Shown: one piece after another, positions 51,085-64,000 of the stretch
Layout of the letters: each line of letters opens with the position of its first letter
How positions within the stretch are numbered: the first letter of the stretch is position 1
DNA from: Macrostomum hystrix
Taxonomy: Eukaryota; Animalia; Platyhelminthes
Assembly: GCA_950097015.1 (NCBI GenBank)
Contig: CATNEN010000001.1
Location: 2,604,001 to 2,668,000 of the forward strand
Length of the DNA: 64,000 nucleotides
Direction of reading: 5' to 3'
Translations under genes and position numbers: made by a program
The notes under the pieces: generated by a model
Databases searched by the model: none
Seen by the model: only the letters and a program-made list of their open reading frames with translations
Told to the model about the DNA's origin: nothing

Positions 51085-51651
51085 AGGTTCTCAACCCCAC
51101 TTTACTGTCCCTGGAGGTTCTCTACCTCACTCTACTGTCTCTGGATGCTCACTACCCACACTCTACTATCTCTGGAGGCTCACTACCCTCACTCTACTGT
51201 CTCTGGAGGCTCTCTACCCACACTCTACTGTCTCTGGAGGCTCTCTACCCTCACTCTACTATCTCTGGAGGCTCACTACCCTCACTCTACTGTCTCTGGA
51301 GGCTCTCTACCCACACTCTACTATCTCTGGAGGCTCTCTACCGACACTCTACTGTCTCTGGAGGCTCTCTACCCTCACTCTACTATCTCTGGAGGCTCAC
51401 TTCCCTCACTCTACTGTCTCTGGAGGCTCTCTACCCTCACTCTACTATCTCTGGAGGCTCACTACCCTCACTCTACTGTCTCTGGAGGCTCTCTACCGAC
51501 ACTCTACTATATCTGGAGGCTCTCTACCGACACTCTACTGTCCCTGGAGGTTCTCTACCTCACTCTACTGTCTCTGGATGCTCACTACCCACACTCTACT
51601 ATCTCTGGAGGCTCTCTACCGACACTCTACTATCTCTGGAGGCTCTCTACC
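51085..51651. repeat. 31-bp minisatellite
   Basis: CTCTACTGTCTCTGGAGGCTCTCTACCCACA. Confidence 0.95.
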
Positions 51652-52075
51652 TGAGGCACTGAGGCAGGCAACTCTAAAGAAAGAATGATTCTTTATTTTG
51701 ACTTGATTTTTTAAGAAATGTGAATAAGTTTTCTGTTTTACGGCCAGCTGAGGATCTGCCTTTAATTGATTAGCCATGATTGCGTTATTAGAATGGCTCG
51801 ATTTTAGAGAAAACAAGTCAGAAAAATAATTGGCTTAGAGGAATTTTTGTGCAACAGATTTTTGCTATAGCACGGTATTTTGTTTAAGAACAAAGAGGCA
51901 GTCTCATTCTTTGTTTTCATGAAATAATTTTTTATTAAAACAAAAAAATTTAAGGCGAAATTCATTGAATTTTATGTAAAATCGTGTTTTTTTTTACAAA
52001 AAATTCCCGTTTCATTCAAACATTCTTCCAATTTATTTAGGGATAAAAACATAAGATACCATTGAAATTGTCCCT

Positions 52076-52809
52076 ATCCTCAGTCTAACAGTTGAGATCC
52101 TCAGTCTAACAGTTGAGATCCTCAGTCTAACAGTTGAGATCCTCAGTCTAACAGTTGAGATCCTCAGTCTAACAGGTGAGATCCTCAGTCTAACAGGTGA
52201 GATCCTCAGTCTAACAGTTGAGATCCTCAGTCTAACAGGTAAGATCCTCAGTCTAACAGGTGAGATCCTCAGTCTAACAGTTGAGATCCTCAGTCTAACA
52301 GTTGAGATCCTCAGTCTAACAGGTGAGATCCTCAGTCTAACAGGTGAGATCCTCAGTCTAACAGTTGAGATCCTCAGTCTAACAGTTGAGATCCTCAATC
52401 TAACAGGTAAGATCCTCAGTCTAACAGGTGAGATCCTCAGTCTAACAGTTGAGATCCTCAGTCTAACAGTTGAGATCCTCAGTCTAACAGTTGAGATCCT
52501 CAGTCTAACAGTTGAGATCCTCAGTCTAACAGTTGAGATCCTCAGTCTAACAGGTGAGATCCTCAGTCTAACAGGTTAGATCCTCAGTCTAACAGTTGAG
52601 ATCCTCAGTCTAACAGTTGAGATCCTCAGTCTAACAGTTGAGATCCTCAGTCTAACAGTTGAGATCCTCAGTCTAACAGTTGAGATACTCAGTCTAACAG
52701 GTGAGATCCTCAGTCTAACAGGTGAGATCCTCAGTCTAACAGTTGAGATACTCAGTCTAACAGGTGAGATCCTCAGTCTAACAGGTGAGATCCTCAGTCT
52801 AACAGGTGA
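52076..52809. repeat. 21-bp minisatellite, about 35 copies
   Basis: GAGATCCTCAGTCTAACAG(T/G)T. Confidence 0.95.
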
Positions 52810-53254
52810 CCAGGAAAGCTATATTGCACTACAGGGTTTTAGGATAGTTAGCATGTGCTAATTCATGAAATTACAGAAAAGGAAAGAAAATGTTATATAT
52901 GCTTTCGGTGACTATGAATACTGTTAATTAATTCCTCTGTGACGGCATTAGGGGCCGGATTAAGTCCAAACACGGAGGCAAAAACTGAAACTAATTTCTG
53001 CGTCCCTCTATTTGCATAATGAAATCTGAGGCCACTGTTGTTCATGCCCGCGATCAAACTGCACTTCTAATTTCTGATTGATTTTCTTAAGCCCTTCTGT
53101 TCGTATTCGCTTAGATTTCGGAACTTTTTTCGACAGCATCCTGACTCATATATTACTGCCTGACCAACTTATATTTCCTCTATGTCTAGCAGATTTATCT
53201 TTCAAACTGGTATTTTGTGTAACATGTTACAATTTGTTTAATAGAATCTAATGG

Positions 53255-53608
53255 GGTCTAGGCGTCGAGGCCTCCAAGGCACAGTGAAAATGTACTCGTA
53301 CACTGCCTGAAAATGAGAAAGTCAGGGCAGATGTACTGTGTGAGTGTGTGTTTGAGTACTGTATCTGTGTGCTGGCTGCGGGTCTACCATCACCACCTGA
53401 TGTGCAGAGTCAAAAATCTCATTTTGCAATAATAAGTAGCTGGTTTTCGTATCGAACAGTTAACGTTTGATACAAAATGCAATGGGGGTTGTAGCCTAGC
53501 GGTTAGAGCTTAGCACACGCGGCTTGAAGGTCGGGGGTTCGATTCCTGATTCCAATGGAACGATCTGCGTCTTTAGGCACGAAACTTTAACTCTGCATTG
53601 TTTCAGTT
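53255..53608 (+). mobile_element. Family D 3' fragment (53255-53375) followed by family A 5' part (53484-53608)
   Basis: CCTCCAAGGCACAGTGA...ATGAGAAAGTCAGGGCA; then TAGCCTAGCGG / GGTTCGATTCC head. Confidence 0.65.
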
Positions 53609-54564
53609 CTTAAAACGTTCAAATGGAATAATTGCTTTCAGAAGAGCTGCGAAATGACAGTGGTGAGCTCTGGAGACTATATGACACACTATATCCTTTA
53701 GATCTACTAAAGACCAACGCATAAAAAGAACGCACACACATTCTAGTGCCAGGTCAGGCGTACAAATCTGGCTCGGTTGAAAAGGCCAAATCGAACGAGA
53801 AATTTGGCGTCGAGTGCCGGCGAAAATTTCGCACAAAAGAATTCATTTATTATTAGCTACTTATTGTACTGTAGCTCCCTACCTATGCGCTGCTACAAAT
53901 GAAAGCCTAAACAAAGGATATGCTTGGACATGATGAAGATTGGAAAGGTATTAACCTTGCTCGCTTCACTGGACAAGGAAAGAAAAGCGACCAGTGTGTC
54001 GGTGGCCTCGCTTCTTCAGAAGGAAAGCAAGAGTCTAACTCGATCCAACGTCTTTCATCTTTCCGCTGTGGCGGCTGCGGCAAACGATAATTAGGAAGCT
54101 GGGCCGTCGACCAATTAGCTGTTTGTGCAAGCGAATCGAAAAACTGGCAAGCTAATAATAAGTTACTACGGAGAAACTTTTCTAGAGAACAAAACTAAAC
54201 CGACTACTATATATCGGATAATTTTAATTAGAGAACCAAATAATTTTATACCGATGTTATAAATATGAATCAAAGCTTCTCGTATTAATAGCGGTGGGCG
54301 TCGTTAGACACGCTGTTAAGTACTAGCTGGTATTACCTTAATTTTTTGTTATACTTAAGCCATGTTATAACCTAGTAGAGAAAAAATACGTCAGAAATAA
54401 AAAAAAAACTGTTAAACCAAGTTATAACCATCCAAAAAATACTTCATTTTTAACTATAAATACAATTATAAAAGAAAACGAAAACAGAAAAGTCTTAATT
54501 TTGAAAACAATGAAATTTGCCAGGATGACAATTTGGTCAAATCGTTTGAATTTAAATTAAATAA

Positions 54565-55070
54565 AAATACAAATTAAATCATATTTCCTTGGCAAGGTCT
54601 TGATAAAGTTAGAAAGTTAGGAAGTAAGAAAGTTATACTAACTTAAAATAAAATAAAATACTAATTTAAAATAACTAACTTATATCCTACTTTATTATTG
54701 TTGAAATTAGGCGCTAAATTAAATCATATTTCCTTGGCAAGGTCTTGATAAAGTTTGGAAGTTAGGAAGTTAGAAAGTTATACTAACTTTAAAAATAAAA
54801 TAAAATACTAATTTAAAATAAGTAACTTATATCCTACTTTTTTAGTGTTGAAATTAGCCGCTTAATTAAACCATATTTCCTTGGCAAGGTCTTGATAAAG
54901 TTAGAAAGTTAGGAAGTTAGAAAAAAGTAAGGAAATACTAACTTAAGACAAAATAAAATAATAATTTAAAAAAACTAACTTATATCCTACTTTTTAGTGT
55001 TGAAATTAGCCGTTTAATTAAACTATATTTCCTTCGCAAATTCTTAATAAAGTTAGAAAGTTAGGAAATA
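54565..55070. repeat. About 146-bp AT-rich tandem repeat, about 3.5 copies
   Basis: ATATTTCCTTGGCAAGGTCTTGATAAAGTT recurs at about 54581, 54726, 54873 and (diverged) 55026. Confidence 0.85.
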
Positions 55071-55919
55071 CTTAGTCCTACCAGGAGATGCGTGACATCC
55101 TAAAAATTCCAATACATTTTTAACAAGTGCCCGCTTATAGTTCCTGAGGGTTTCATGAACTTCATTTGCCCTTACCTTGTTAATTCGTATGTTCTCGATG
55201 TGCATATGTTACTGATGCCAGTATAGAGTCCCTTGACTTCTTTTCTCGGCTCTCTGATGCTATCTTTGCTTTAAAATTCCGGAGAAATGAGTAGATCAGA
55301 GTACTTGGCGTTTCGCCCTCAGGGAGATAACCTGGTCCCTGGTCGCTAGCCAAATGAGCACGCGGTGGTCTTTTCGGCTTGAAGAAGCCCATGCTTATAA
55401 TTAACTATAACATAGTATAATAGTATAATTTCATTTAGCCCAGACGTGAATGCTATAGCTATAGAATTTCTTTAACTTGCACATTCACATCAATTTCCAG
55501 CTTGAATCCGTACAGAACTTCATTATCCCATTCTTATACGACACCTAATCTCCCAGGGGGATGGGGACTTCGCCTTGGTAGTTCGGTGATAAATTAACGA
55601 GAGCAGTTCGACAACGAGAGGCTTTTCATATGTTTGTTAGTTAACAAGCCATGATGCAGGCTCTGTTGCTCTTGGACTAGATGGCCAGGTGTGTAATTAA
55701 TATCAGCGCGAGAAGCTGCGCACTAAAGTACGCTTGACCTGTTTTTATCACACCGATAGGCAGCGAAACCTGTTAAAATATCACAGATGAAACCACAAAG
55801 AGCAGTGTTTTGGAAACTTAATGAAATTCTGACTCAACTAAAAACTCACCGTACTAGGAGGGTAGAAGGAGACTGATTAGATCAGAGAAAAGAAAATACA
55901 TATGGGTTTGATACAGAAG

Positions 55920-57052
55920 TGGATATAAGACAGGTGGGTAGATAGGTAACTGAATAATTTAGATATTCAGTAATTCAGTAAGTGTATAGACAGGTTGGTG
56001 GATAGGTAAGTGGATAGACAGGTTGGTGGATAGGTAAGTGGATAGACAGGTTGGGGGGGATAGGTCAGAGAGTAGAGTGGATAGATAAGTGGATAGATAG
56101 TAGGTTGGGGGATAGATAATGGATAGACAGGTTGGTGGATAGGTAAGTGAATAGACAGGTTGGTGGATAGGTAAGTGAATAGACAGGTTGGTGGATAGGT
56201 AAGTGGATAGACAGGTTGGTGGATAGGTAAGTAGATAGACAGGTTGGTGGATAGGTAAGTAGATAGACAGGTTGGTGGATAGGTAAGTGGATAGACAGGT
56301 TAGTGGATAGGTAAGTGGATAGACAGGTTGGTGGATAGGTAAGTGGATAGACAGGTTGGTGGATAGGTAAGTAGATAGACAGGTTGGTGGATAGGTAAGT
56401 AGATAGACAGGTTGGGGGGATAGGTCAGAGAGTAGAGTGGATAGATAAGTGGATTGACAGTAGGTTGGGGGGATAGGTAAGTGGATAGACAGGTTGGTGG
56501 ATAGGTATGTGGGTAGACAGGTTGGTGGATAGATAAATGGGTAGACAGGTTGGTGGATAGATAAGTGGATAGACAGGTTGGGGGGATAGGTCAGAGAGTA
56601 GAGTGGATAGATAAGTGGATAGACAGTAGGTTGGGGGGATAGGTAATGGATAGACAGGTTGGTAGATAGGTAAGTGGATAGACAGTTGGTGGATAGGTAA
56701 GTGAATAGACAGGTTGGGGGGATAGGTAAGTGGATAGACAGGTTGATGGATAGGTATGTGGGTAGACAGGTTGGTGGATAGATAAGTGGGTAGACAGGTT
56801 GGTGGATAGATAAGTGGATAGACAGGTTGGGGGGATAGGTCAGAGAGTAGAGTGGATAGATAAGTGGATAGACAGTAGGTTGGGGGATAGGTAATGGATA
56901 GACAGGTTGGTGGATAGGTAAGTGAATAGACAGGTTGGTGGATAGGTAAGTGAATAGACAGGTTGGTGGATAGGTAAGTGGATAGACAGTTGGTGGATAG
57001 GTAAGTGAATAGACAGGTTGGTGGATAGGTAAGTAGATTAGACAAGTAGATA
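55920..57052. repeat. 28-bp purine-rich minisatellite
   Basis: GTGGATAGACAGGTTGGTGGATAGGTAA with compound variants. Confidence 0.95.
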
Positions 57053-57482
57053 AACGGAAAGAGTGATACATAGATTGATAGATATAGAAATACAGATGGA
57101 GGCCACAGCGAGGACAAGACGGACAAGTCCTGACGCGAACCAAGGCTAATCCTAACTCCTCTAATCCGACAAATTGACAGTGTCCCAGCTTTGCCAATCG
57201 GCAATTTCTTCCATTCCAGTTGGACGGCATCCCAGCTAAAAGTGAATGGATAAGCAGAGAAAGAGAATTTTATAAATTAGTTTGACCTACTGACGGTGGG
57301 GACCAATGAGGAGAGAGTGGATCAGGGATGTTGGCAGTTAGACTAATTTAACTGGAAGGCATCTCCGACGTCACCCCGAAAATCTTGTGTGAATAATGAA
57401 TGGGCCTATGGCAATATTTTGATGCTCATTAAATACTATTTAAGCTCAGTAGCCTAAGCAAGGTTATGCTAAGGGGTTCATG

Positions 57483-57660
57483 GAATGGCAGAGCACTTAA
57501 CGCGTTTGCCTCTCGCACCAAGGTCCTTGAGCTCTTTCCGCGGCGAGGCCACATTTATTTGGGGTGCAGCCTTCAAGAGAAAGCTAATTGGGGGCTTGTC
57601 GTGAAATTTACAACCTGAAAGTGAAAGTGTATACTGCCTGACGTCCCAAAAATTCATGGC
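57483..57660 (+). mobile_element. SINE-like family D copy
   Basis: TTAACGCG...GCCTCTCGCACCAAGGTC...CCGCGGCGAGGCCAC matches the reverse complement of 19085-19145. Confidence 0.6.
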
Positions 57661-59600
57661 AGATTTAAAAACTTGATTGTTCTAAAAATAATTTTTTTTA
57701 CATAGAGAATGTTTAGATGGAAAAACGTAGATCACATCTGTAGCAAAAACTCATTTTGACACGTTGCCTACCGCCCTACTTAAATTAGTAGCATATATTG
57801 AATGTGGCCCGCATTAGTATCCATTGAAACCAAACTCCATTATTTGTACCGATGCTTCGCTTCAGTGGAGACAAAAATCTCGTTTTTCTCTCTTATCTCC
57901 TCCTGACAAGGAGTTGCTAATGAGAATCACAGCAGCATCAGCTCAGTCATTCTTGACGGCTGATTGATTAAATTCGCTAAAATTTTCGTTTTTACAAAGC
58001 TTAGCAACAGCCTGAAAACAGAACTAGTCATTGCGTGTGTTTCTACTTAAAAGTTTCGTTTTGGGATGATCGGCTAACTGAATTTTCCATTTTTTAGTTC
58101 GCTGTTCTTTGAAAACTAAACGATGCGTATATGCTTTAGAGTTTACCCATGTGACTCGTGTCTTTGAGTCCGGGTTTAACTCCACAATTTCCTCATTTCA
58201 ACCCAGGACATGTGAGCGATTTCTAGTGCAAAGATTGAATGCAGGATTCAAAATCTTCATTCGTCATCATCTTAAAGTCAAGTCGACAGAGTAGAAGACA
58301 TTGATAATCAGAAAAGCAGCCGGAGGGTAGTTGTTTTCAGAGTATATGACATCAAAGTCTGCTGTCTCACGATGAAGAGGCTTGAATGATGAGTGGAAGC
58401 TCTGGTTGAGCTGAGCACCGTTTTTTGTCCGAGCTGTCTGGCGATGTATTTTGTGTCTCGAAATGAAATGAGGCGCGTCTCTAGACCCAGTCTGAAGCTG
58501 GAATGTAATTTGATTATAACCCGAGGCAGAGATTGTCGGGCGCATTTGTACACGTCTGGTATATATTAGATGTGTACAGGCTTGCCAGTAGGGTAGCAGA
58601 GCTTTTACCTTGGCCCAACCAAAAGTCGATAATGAGAACGATAGGCTCAAACAGGCAGCAGCTAGTCGCTAGACAAACAGTCTGTTAGGCGCCATTTATT
58701 TTCCGTCACCTCCCTGCCAGTTTGTTTGCCGTTTGTCCTGTTCAATTTCGCGTGCATTGTCCACGGCCCTTGATAGCAACTGCTGTCTGGAAAGCAGACC
58801 TTGGGACTGGATGACCACAACCAATGGGAGAGCGCCTGGCGTGATACTGCATTGGGTGGAACACCAATCCCTATAGTGTCTCCCCTCTACATACTTCCCA
58901 AAAGAACTCGCTGCTTGGCTATTCCAATCCGTTGATTTCTTTTTACTATCCCAGAAGGCGAAGATTCTACATCGAGCTGTTAGGCCGTGATTTCGTGAGA
59001 AGCCAAATTTCTCCCTAGAAAACATTCCCAACGGAGGTTAGGACTACTGTTTTTGGCTTTTCGACGCGCCGATTCCTGTAACCAGGTCTGGCAAAAGAAT
59101 TCATTCTCGACACGCAATCAGTCTAGCTTGCACGTTTCGTCAGTCAGTTTGGACGAGGCCACAGTTGATAAAGCCAGGAAAACTGCCAGTACGTTCATCT
59201 CGCTCCCATTCTATAAGCTGGGCAGTAACACTGGTCGCTAAAGAAGCAGGATGCACTCCGCAGCAATGCTTGACCGGGACAAGCCCCCGGCAACTGGACC
59301 GCTCAGTGATCCCGGTGAGTGCCACGCGGAGCCCGCAGTGCGTGTGCTGTGATATGGGACATAGGAGAGTGGCCGCGATGCCTGCCGTGCGGTTCAAGCT
59401 TATCCGTCGACACTTGCTCGTCCTCCGTCCCCAAAGAAAACAAGCATCCGGAGCATTCGAGAGGCGCAGAACCCACCGTAGCTTTATGGGGCACGGGAAC
59501 TGGGACAGCGGGCCCCAGCCTCTCTATCGGCTATATGGAGTTCCGACTTGGTGACAGGACTGATCGCCGCGGTGGTCGCGCGTGCGCGGTTGCGCCGCGC

Positions 59601-59608
59601 TATATAAG
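59601..59608 (+). promoter_or_regulatory. TATA box of the proximal stomatin first exon
   Basis: TATATAAG preceded by GC-rich GCGCCGCGC (BRE-like). Confidence 0.5.
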
Positions 59609-59926
59609 AGAGTTTCTGCACTACAGAAATACTCCTTGGTCGATTTACTTGATCTAGACTCAGGCAGGCGTTTTAAGTCGAATTAAAACTGCTTGAATTC
59701 GATAATCCTGGAAGCGGCAAGTTTGAGGCAAGCGTCACTAGGCGGTGTGCAACTGCTGCACTTGCAGCCGCCGCCACACACGGAATTAGACAATTACCGA
59801 GCAAATAAGGGCTGTGTCAGATGCTGCACAGCCCTGCTGCTCGGATGCGGCAGCCGTGGTGAAGGCGTTGGTGGCGGCGGCGGCGTCGAAGATTTTAGCA
59901 TCGAGGAAGTTGACGTTGGCGGCAGA

Positions 59927-59945
59927 ATGGGTGGAAACTACCATG
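59927..59945 (+). CDS. Candidate alternative first exon 5 of the stomatin gene, coding part only (MGGNYH); UTR probably from about 59630
   Basis: ATG, 6 codons + 1 nt, donor G|GTGAGG, phase 1; TATATAAG at 59601 in a GC-rich context. Confidence 0.55.
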
Positions 59946-60494
59946 GTGAGGCGCTCTCAGTATTCCACATAAAGAACTGCGATATTTTGATCCGCTTTGA
60001 GAGGCTAGGCATGCACCGTGTCCTCTAGGAGAAATAACTGCAGAATAATATCTGAAGGACACTTTTAGCTGTCGACAGGACAATTATTTTGGCATTGAAG
60101 GCTCTTGTCGATTCGTTGAACGCCACTGGCACTCGACAGTAGGTGGATTAGTTGGGTTGAAGTGACAGAGCCGTCAACTTCTGTGACGCTCGCATCAAAG
60201 ACCCTCGGATTTTTTATTGATAAAAATTAGAACACGCGTGAAGTGAAAAAGTGGTGCAGTGTACAAGGCCCTGTCTTTTACTATAGCCAGCAATCTTATA
60301 AAATGTTTATTTTTAATTAAATTCTAAGCTGCTACATTCGAAATCGAAATCGAAATCTCTAGCCTGAACTTGCCCGGTCAGATTTCTAACAGACATTATC
60401 TTAACAAATCAGATACAAATTAATGGATTTGATTCGCATTGGAAATTGCCCTGCCACCCTATCACCCAGTTCTTTCAGTCATCTTTATTGCCAG

Positions 60495-60521
60495 AAAATT
60501 TTGAGCAACGTCTCCTACTCG
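60495..60521 (+). CDS. Candidate 27-nt symmetric (phase 1-1) microexon of the stomatin gene (xNFEQRLLL)
   Basis: Pyrimidine-rich tract + ccag| acceptor, G|GTGAGT donor, 27 nt, no stop in the phase-1 frame. Confidence 0.45.
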
Positions 60522-63020
60522 GTGAGTTGACTTCCCCCCCAGCTAGACAAATAGAGCTTATATTATGCAGGCCGACAAGACTCAGCGACAACCCCGCACT
60601 GGCTATTTGCATTCCGAGTTGAATAGGACAAGCGGCAGTGGGGCAAATGAATACAGGAGATTCTCAGACGGCTCCGGGCCTTGGCATGCAAAACCCGCGT
60701 CCCTAAAAAACGGGGGGGGCTTTGGTGGCACTGAGACAGAGGGGAACTGAGCGAGAGAAAATAAGAGACGAGGAGAAAAGGGGTGAGCGAAAGAGTTGAT
60801 CAAATTTCTCCAAGTTTCGATCTTTTCTCTGTCTCTCGATTTTTTTTTACTTTTTCGCCCCTCCCCACCCATTGCTGCTGCTGCCGGGTTCGCACTGTGC
60901 TGCCTTGAGCGCCCTCCAGCCACTCGCCGGCGTTAACCCAGGAGAGTCCAACCTCAATCCTGGCGACACACACACACGCGCGCACACACACTCAGAGTGT
61001 GGCTGACGAAAGCTTCGGAAGCCTTCTTTGGCTGCTTTCCTGTCCTTTGGCTGGGCTAGGCCAGCGTTATTTTTCAGCAATGGTCGGCTCGCACAGGGCA
61101 GGGGTATAGACGGCACTGGTGACGACTCTTGAAATTCCCCAGATACCGCGAAGGCCTGGCCTTCCTTCGCATCCGCAATGTAACCTCAAGCCGTGCAGCC
61201 ATCGGCCGTCCTTGAAAGAAGCGTCCCCTTTCTCTATCCCTTCTCTCTAGGCACGACGTCCCAATCATTTAATGAAAAATGAACGGATCTACGTACCTAC
61301 GGCCTCTTTCCTCCCTGCCAGTCTGCCGACTGTGTCTTTGCCGTCTCTAACCCGGACCGCACTATCCGTTTCCTCTTTAGTCCATTTTTTCTCTTTCCCA
61401 TTTTTTCACTCCCAACCTAGAAATCTCCGTGAGCACGTCGGGCCCCCGCCGCCCCAATTTTCGTATACCATTGCTTGCCCTTCCGCCGATCCGAATACAT
61501 TTCGTATATTCCCCCATGGCTTGCCCGCGATTCGCCAGTAGAATCATCCCAGTCCAGCATGCTCTCAATCTTTGTTTCCCTTCCGGTTCGGGGCCTGATA
61601 CTCATCCCCCAGTGTAGAGTCTAGGCCCTCTAAACGGATAACTCAGTTTGCTTTCCCTTTCTGCGCTTCTACAACTTGATCGCTAATTTCTGTACAAATG
61701 TTGTTCCAAGCGTTATCCTGTTACCTAACTCAACAGCGAATTATCCACAAACTTTTTTACTTTCAAATCAATCACTTTATCAAATTGTCACTCAATCCTT
61801 TGGCTTTGGTGTTTTTTAAGCGAATCTTTTACAAAGGCATTTTCCAGTTCAAAGATTAGAAACTACGAGACACACAGAGACATTACAAAGGGAAAATGGG
61901 AACTGAGTAGGGCCTGGTTCTTTTTTACCTGAAGACCTGCTGCTCTTCGCATGACAGCTCGTGCTGCACACAAGGTTTTTTTCGTCCAGCATCGGATCAG
62001 ATTGCGCGAAAATTAGTTTGCTGCAGTTCTTTGCTCTATAGAAGTGATTCATCGGCTGATTCGGCCAGGATTTTTAGGAATGAAAAACCCCCGATGCATC
62101 TTGGCCAGGTAGGAAAGAAACTTGCTTTTCCAGCATGCTGATGATTGCAGAGTGTCGACTGACCCACACAATCCATTTGGTGCGAGGTGCGTAGTCCAAA
62201 GATAGATACATAGCTTCATAGCAGCACACACAGACGCGCGCAAACATTAGGAGCAGTGTTGTAGTTTGGCTTAGGTTTAACCTGGTACACCCTCTAATGT
62301 GGCGCGCAGTATTGTCCTGTCTTTGGCCAGGTGTAATCTTAATTAGGGCCTGCAATAATTAAATGCAGAAAATTAATTATCTACATTCATTTCTTTGCCA
62401 AGCTGGTGAAAATTTGTGTGTTCTAAAAAGTACAGAAAATACTCAGCAATTGATCTTTTCTGTCTAAACTAGTTGATACATTATTAAGCCTGACGTTTTA
62501 CCTGAAGCCTTCTATTTCTAGGCTTCAAGCTCTTAAAAAATGCTATATAAGAGTGCCAAAGCAGAATTTCGAGTTCGGTATGACTTATTACCGTGACTCC
62601 CATATCATTGCATAGTAACCTAATCAACGATATGTAGAACTGTTTTTACATAGTACTCTAATAATTTAATCCAGAAAGCTTCTGACACAGTCTAATTTAT
62701 TGTATCGCCGTATCGGGCCATCAACTTAACAACGCTTACATTTAAGTGACTAAAATCTACACATTGCCTCACCTTGACTGTTCCCATTCATCTAGCTGCT
62801 GTTGACAAAGGAAGAGGGAGAGAGAGAAGAGAGGGGAGCACAAAAGAGGCCAGGATTTGTAACACTCTAAAGAACAGGAAGCTAAGCTCTAGAAACATCC
62901 GAGTTATGAGCTCACGAAAACCTGCACATTTGCGTCAGCTTGACCTAGCCTCAAAACACTTGAATTATTATTCCTCATTGAGCACAAGCAACCCCCAAAA
63001 CTCAATGCCGAAAATTTCAG

Positions 63021-63130
63021 GTCAACAGAGGGACAGCAAGGGCATGGGCTTCTGCGGTGCGGTACTGCTAGTTCTGTCCTACACGCTGATCTTTGTCACA
63101 TTTCCGTTCTCCTTGTGTCTCTGCATCAAG
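63021..63130 (+). CDS. STOM: Stomatin/MEC-2 family (SPFH/band 7) common exon encoding the hydrophobic membrane hairpin; gene continues beyond the window
   Basis: tttcag|GT (phase 1); QQRDSKGMGFCGAVLLVLSYTLIFVTFPFSLCLCIK matches the stomatin pattern KGxGxCG...TFPxSxxxCIK; donor AAG|GTTCGT. The symbol denotes the family. Confidence 0.88.
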
Positions 63131-64000
63131 GTTCGTACGCTGTTTACCACTGGACGGACCACTAGAAGAAGAAGGACGGGAATCTTTGTTTCTTAGAAAA
63201 TTAATTAAAGGCAGATTTTCATGGAAAAAATGTTCTAGCGAGATATTAACTTTTTACCTTTTTTAAATTAAAATTTTGATTAATTTTTTGGAAGCAGATC
63301 CAATGCCCCTCGTTTAATATATCTTGCAAAGCATTAATTAATTGGTTCAAGAAATTTTAAAAACTTCACTCATGAATAGATCAAGATTTTCATTTTCTTT
63401 TTATTTATTTATCATGAAGCACAATATAGCAACCAATCAGACATAAACTTAGCCTACTTGACTTACTTAGCTTAATTGATTAAAAAGTGACTGTAAAATT
63501 AAGCTAGTCACGAGATAGCTTTTTACTAGCTATTGTGCTTCGTGATGAATAATCGAAAATAAAACAAAGATCTATTGTTCATAAATTTGTTGAAGCGCGT
63601 ACGTGTATATTAACAGTAGAACTACCAAGGGGGATTCCCCCTGACCATTTTTGTGCTGCACCCATCTGGAACAACGCGCGTGCACGTGTATTTCATACAC
63701 CCTATACACGAATTAACACATTATCTAGACGGATTTGCTGGAGCTTCAAGGGCTACAACAGGTTGAGATAGGCCACTATGGACACCATGACGCGAATTTC
63801 TCCAATTTCGCTGATCAAGCCAAAATATTTGGCGCAGCTCAACCACTGTACACCATCGCCTAGTCTATCAACCAATCAGTCACCACCCTTGGCTTGGTAG
63901 TCCTAATGTTAAAAGAGCAGCGCCAGATCTGCTTCCAAAATATTCATCAACATTTTAATGTAAAAAGTGAAGATTTCCTATCTCTCTAGTGCAATTTTCA

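Noticed and set aside
62774-63020. N-terminal part of the 140-aa ORF upstream of the stomatin exon
   Set aside because: Strong acceptor tttcag at 63015-63020 suggests an open intronic frame, although an unspliced start (ATG at about 62906 or 63005) cannot be fully excluded

Overview
Eukaryotic (metazoan) genomic DNA that is intron-rich and very rich in tandem repeats; composition and repeat load are reminiscent of a flatworm such as Macrostomum, but that is inference only. Two protein-coding loci are supported, both on the + strand. (1) The last 11 exons of a class II phosphoinositide 3-kinase (RBD, C2, helical, kinase, PX, C-terminal C2; 804-17268), reconstructed with phase-consistent GT-AG junctions; its kinase and PX motifs are unusually divergent. 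(2) The 5' part of a stomatin/MEC-2 (SPFH) gene: a conserved membrane-hairpin exon at 63021-63130 that appears to be fed by at least five alternative ATG-containing first exons spread over about 38 kb (22215, 29162, 42724, 49658, 59927). All five end in phase-1 donors, each has its own candidate promoter motif (CCAAT, TATA, RFX X-box), and there is a candidate 27-nt microexon. The rest is about 25 different local minisatellites (many with 20-22 bp units, several sharing short cores, several carrying sense-strand 5' splice-site consensus), four tRNA-derived SINE families (some with TSDs) and one intact non-autonomous hAT element. Most long ORFs in the supplied track are artefacts of tandem repeats.
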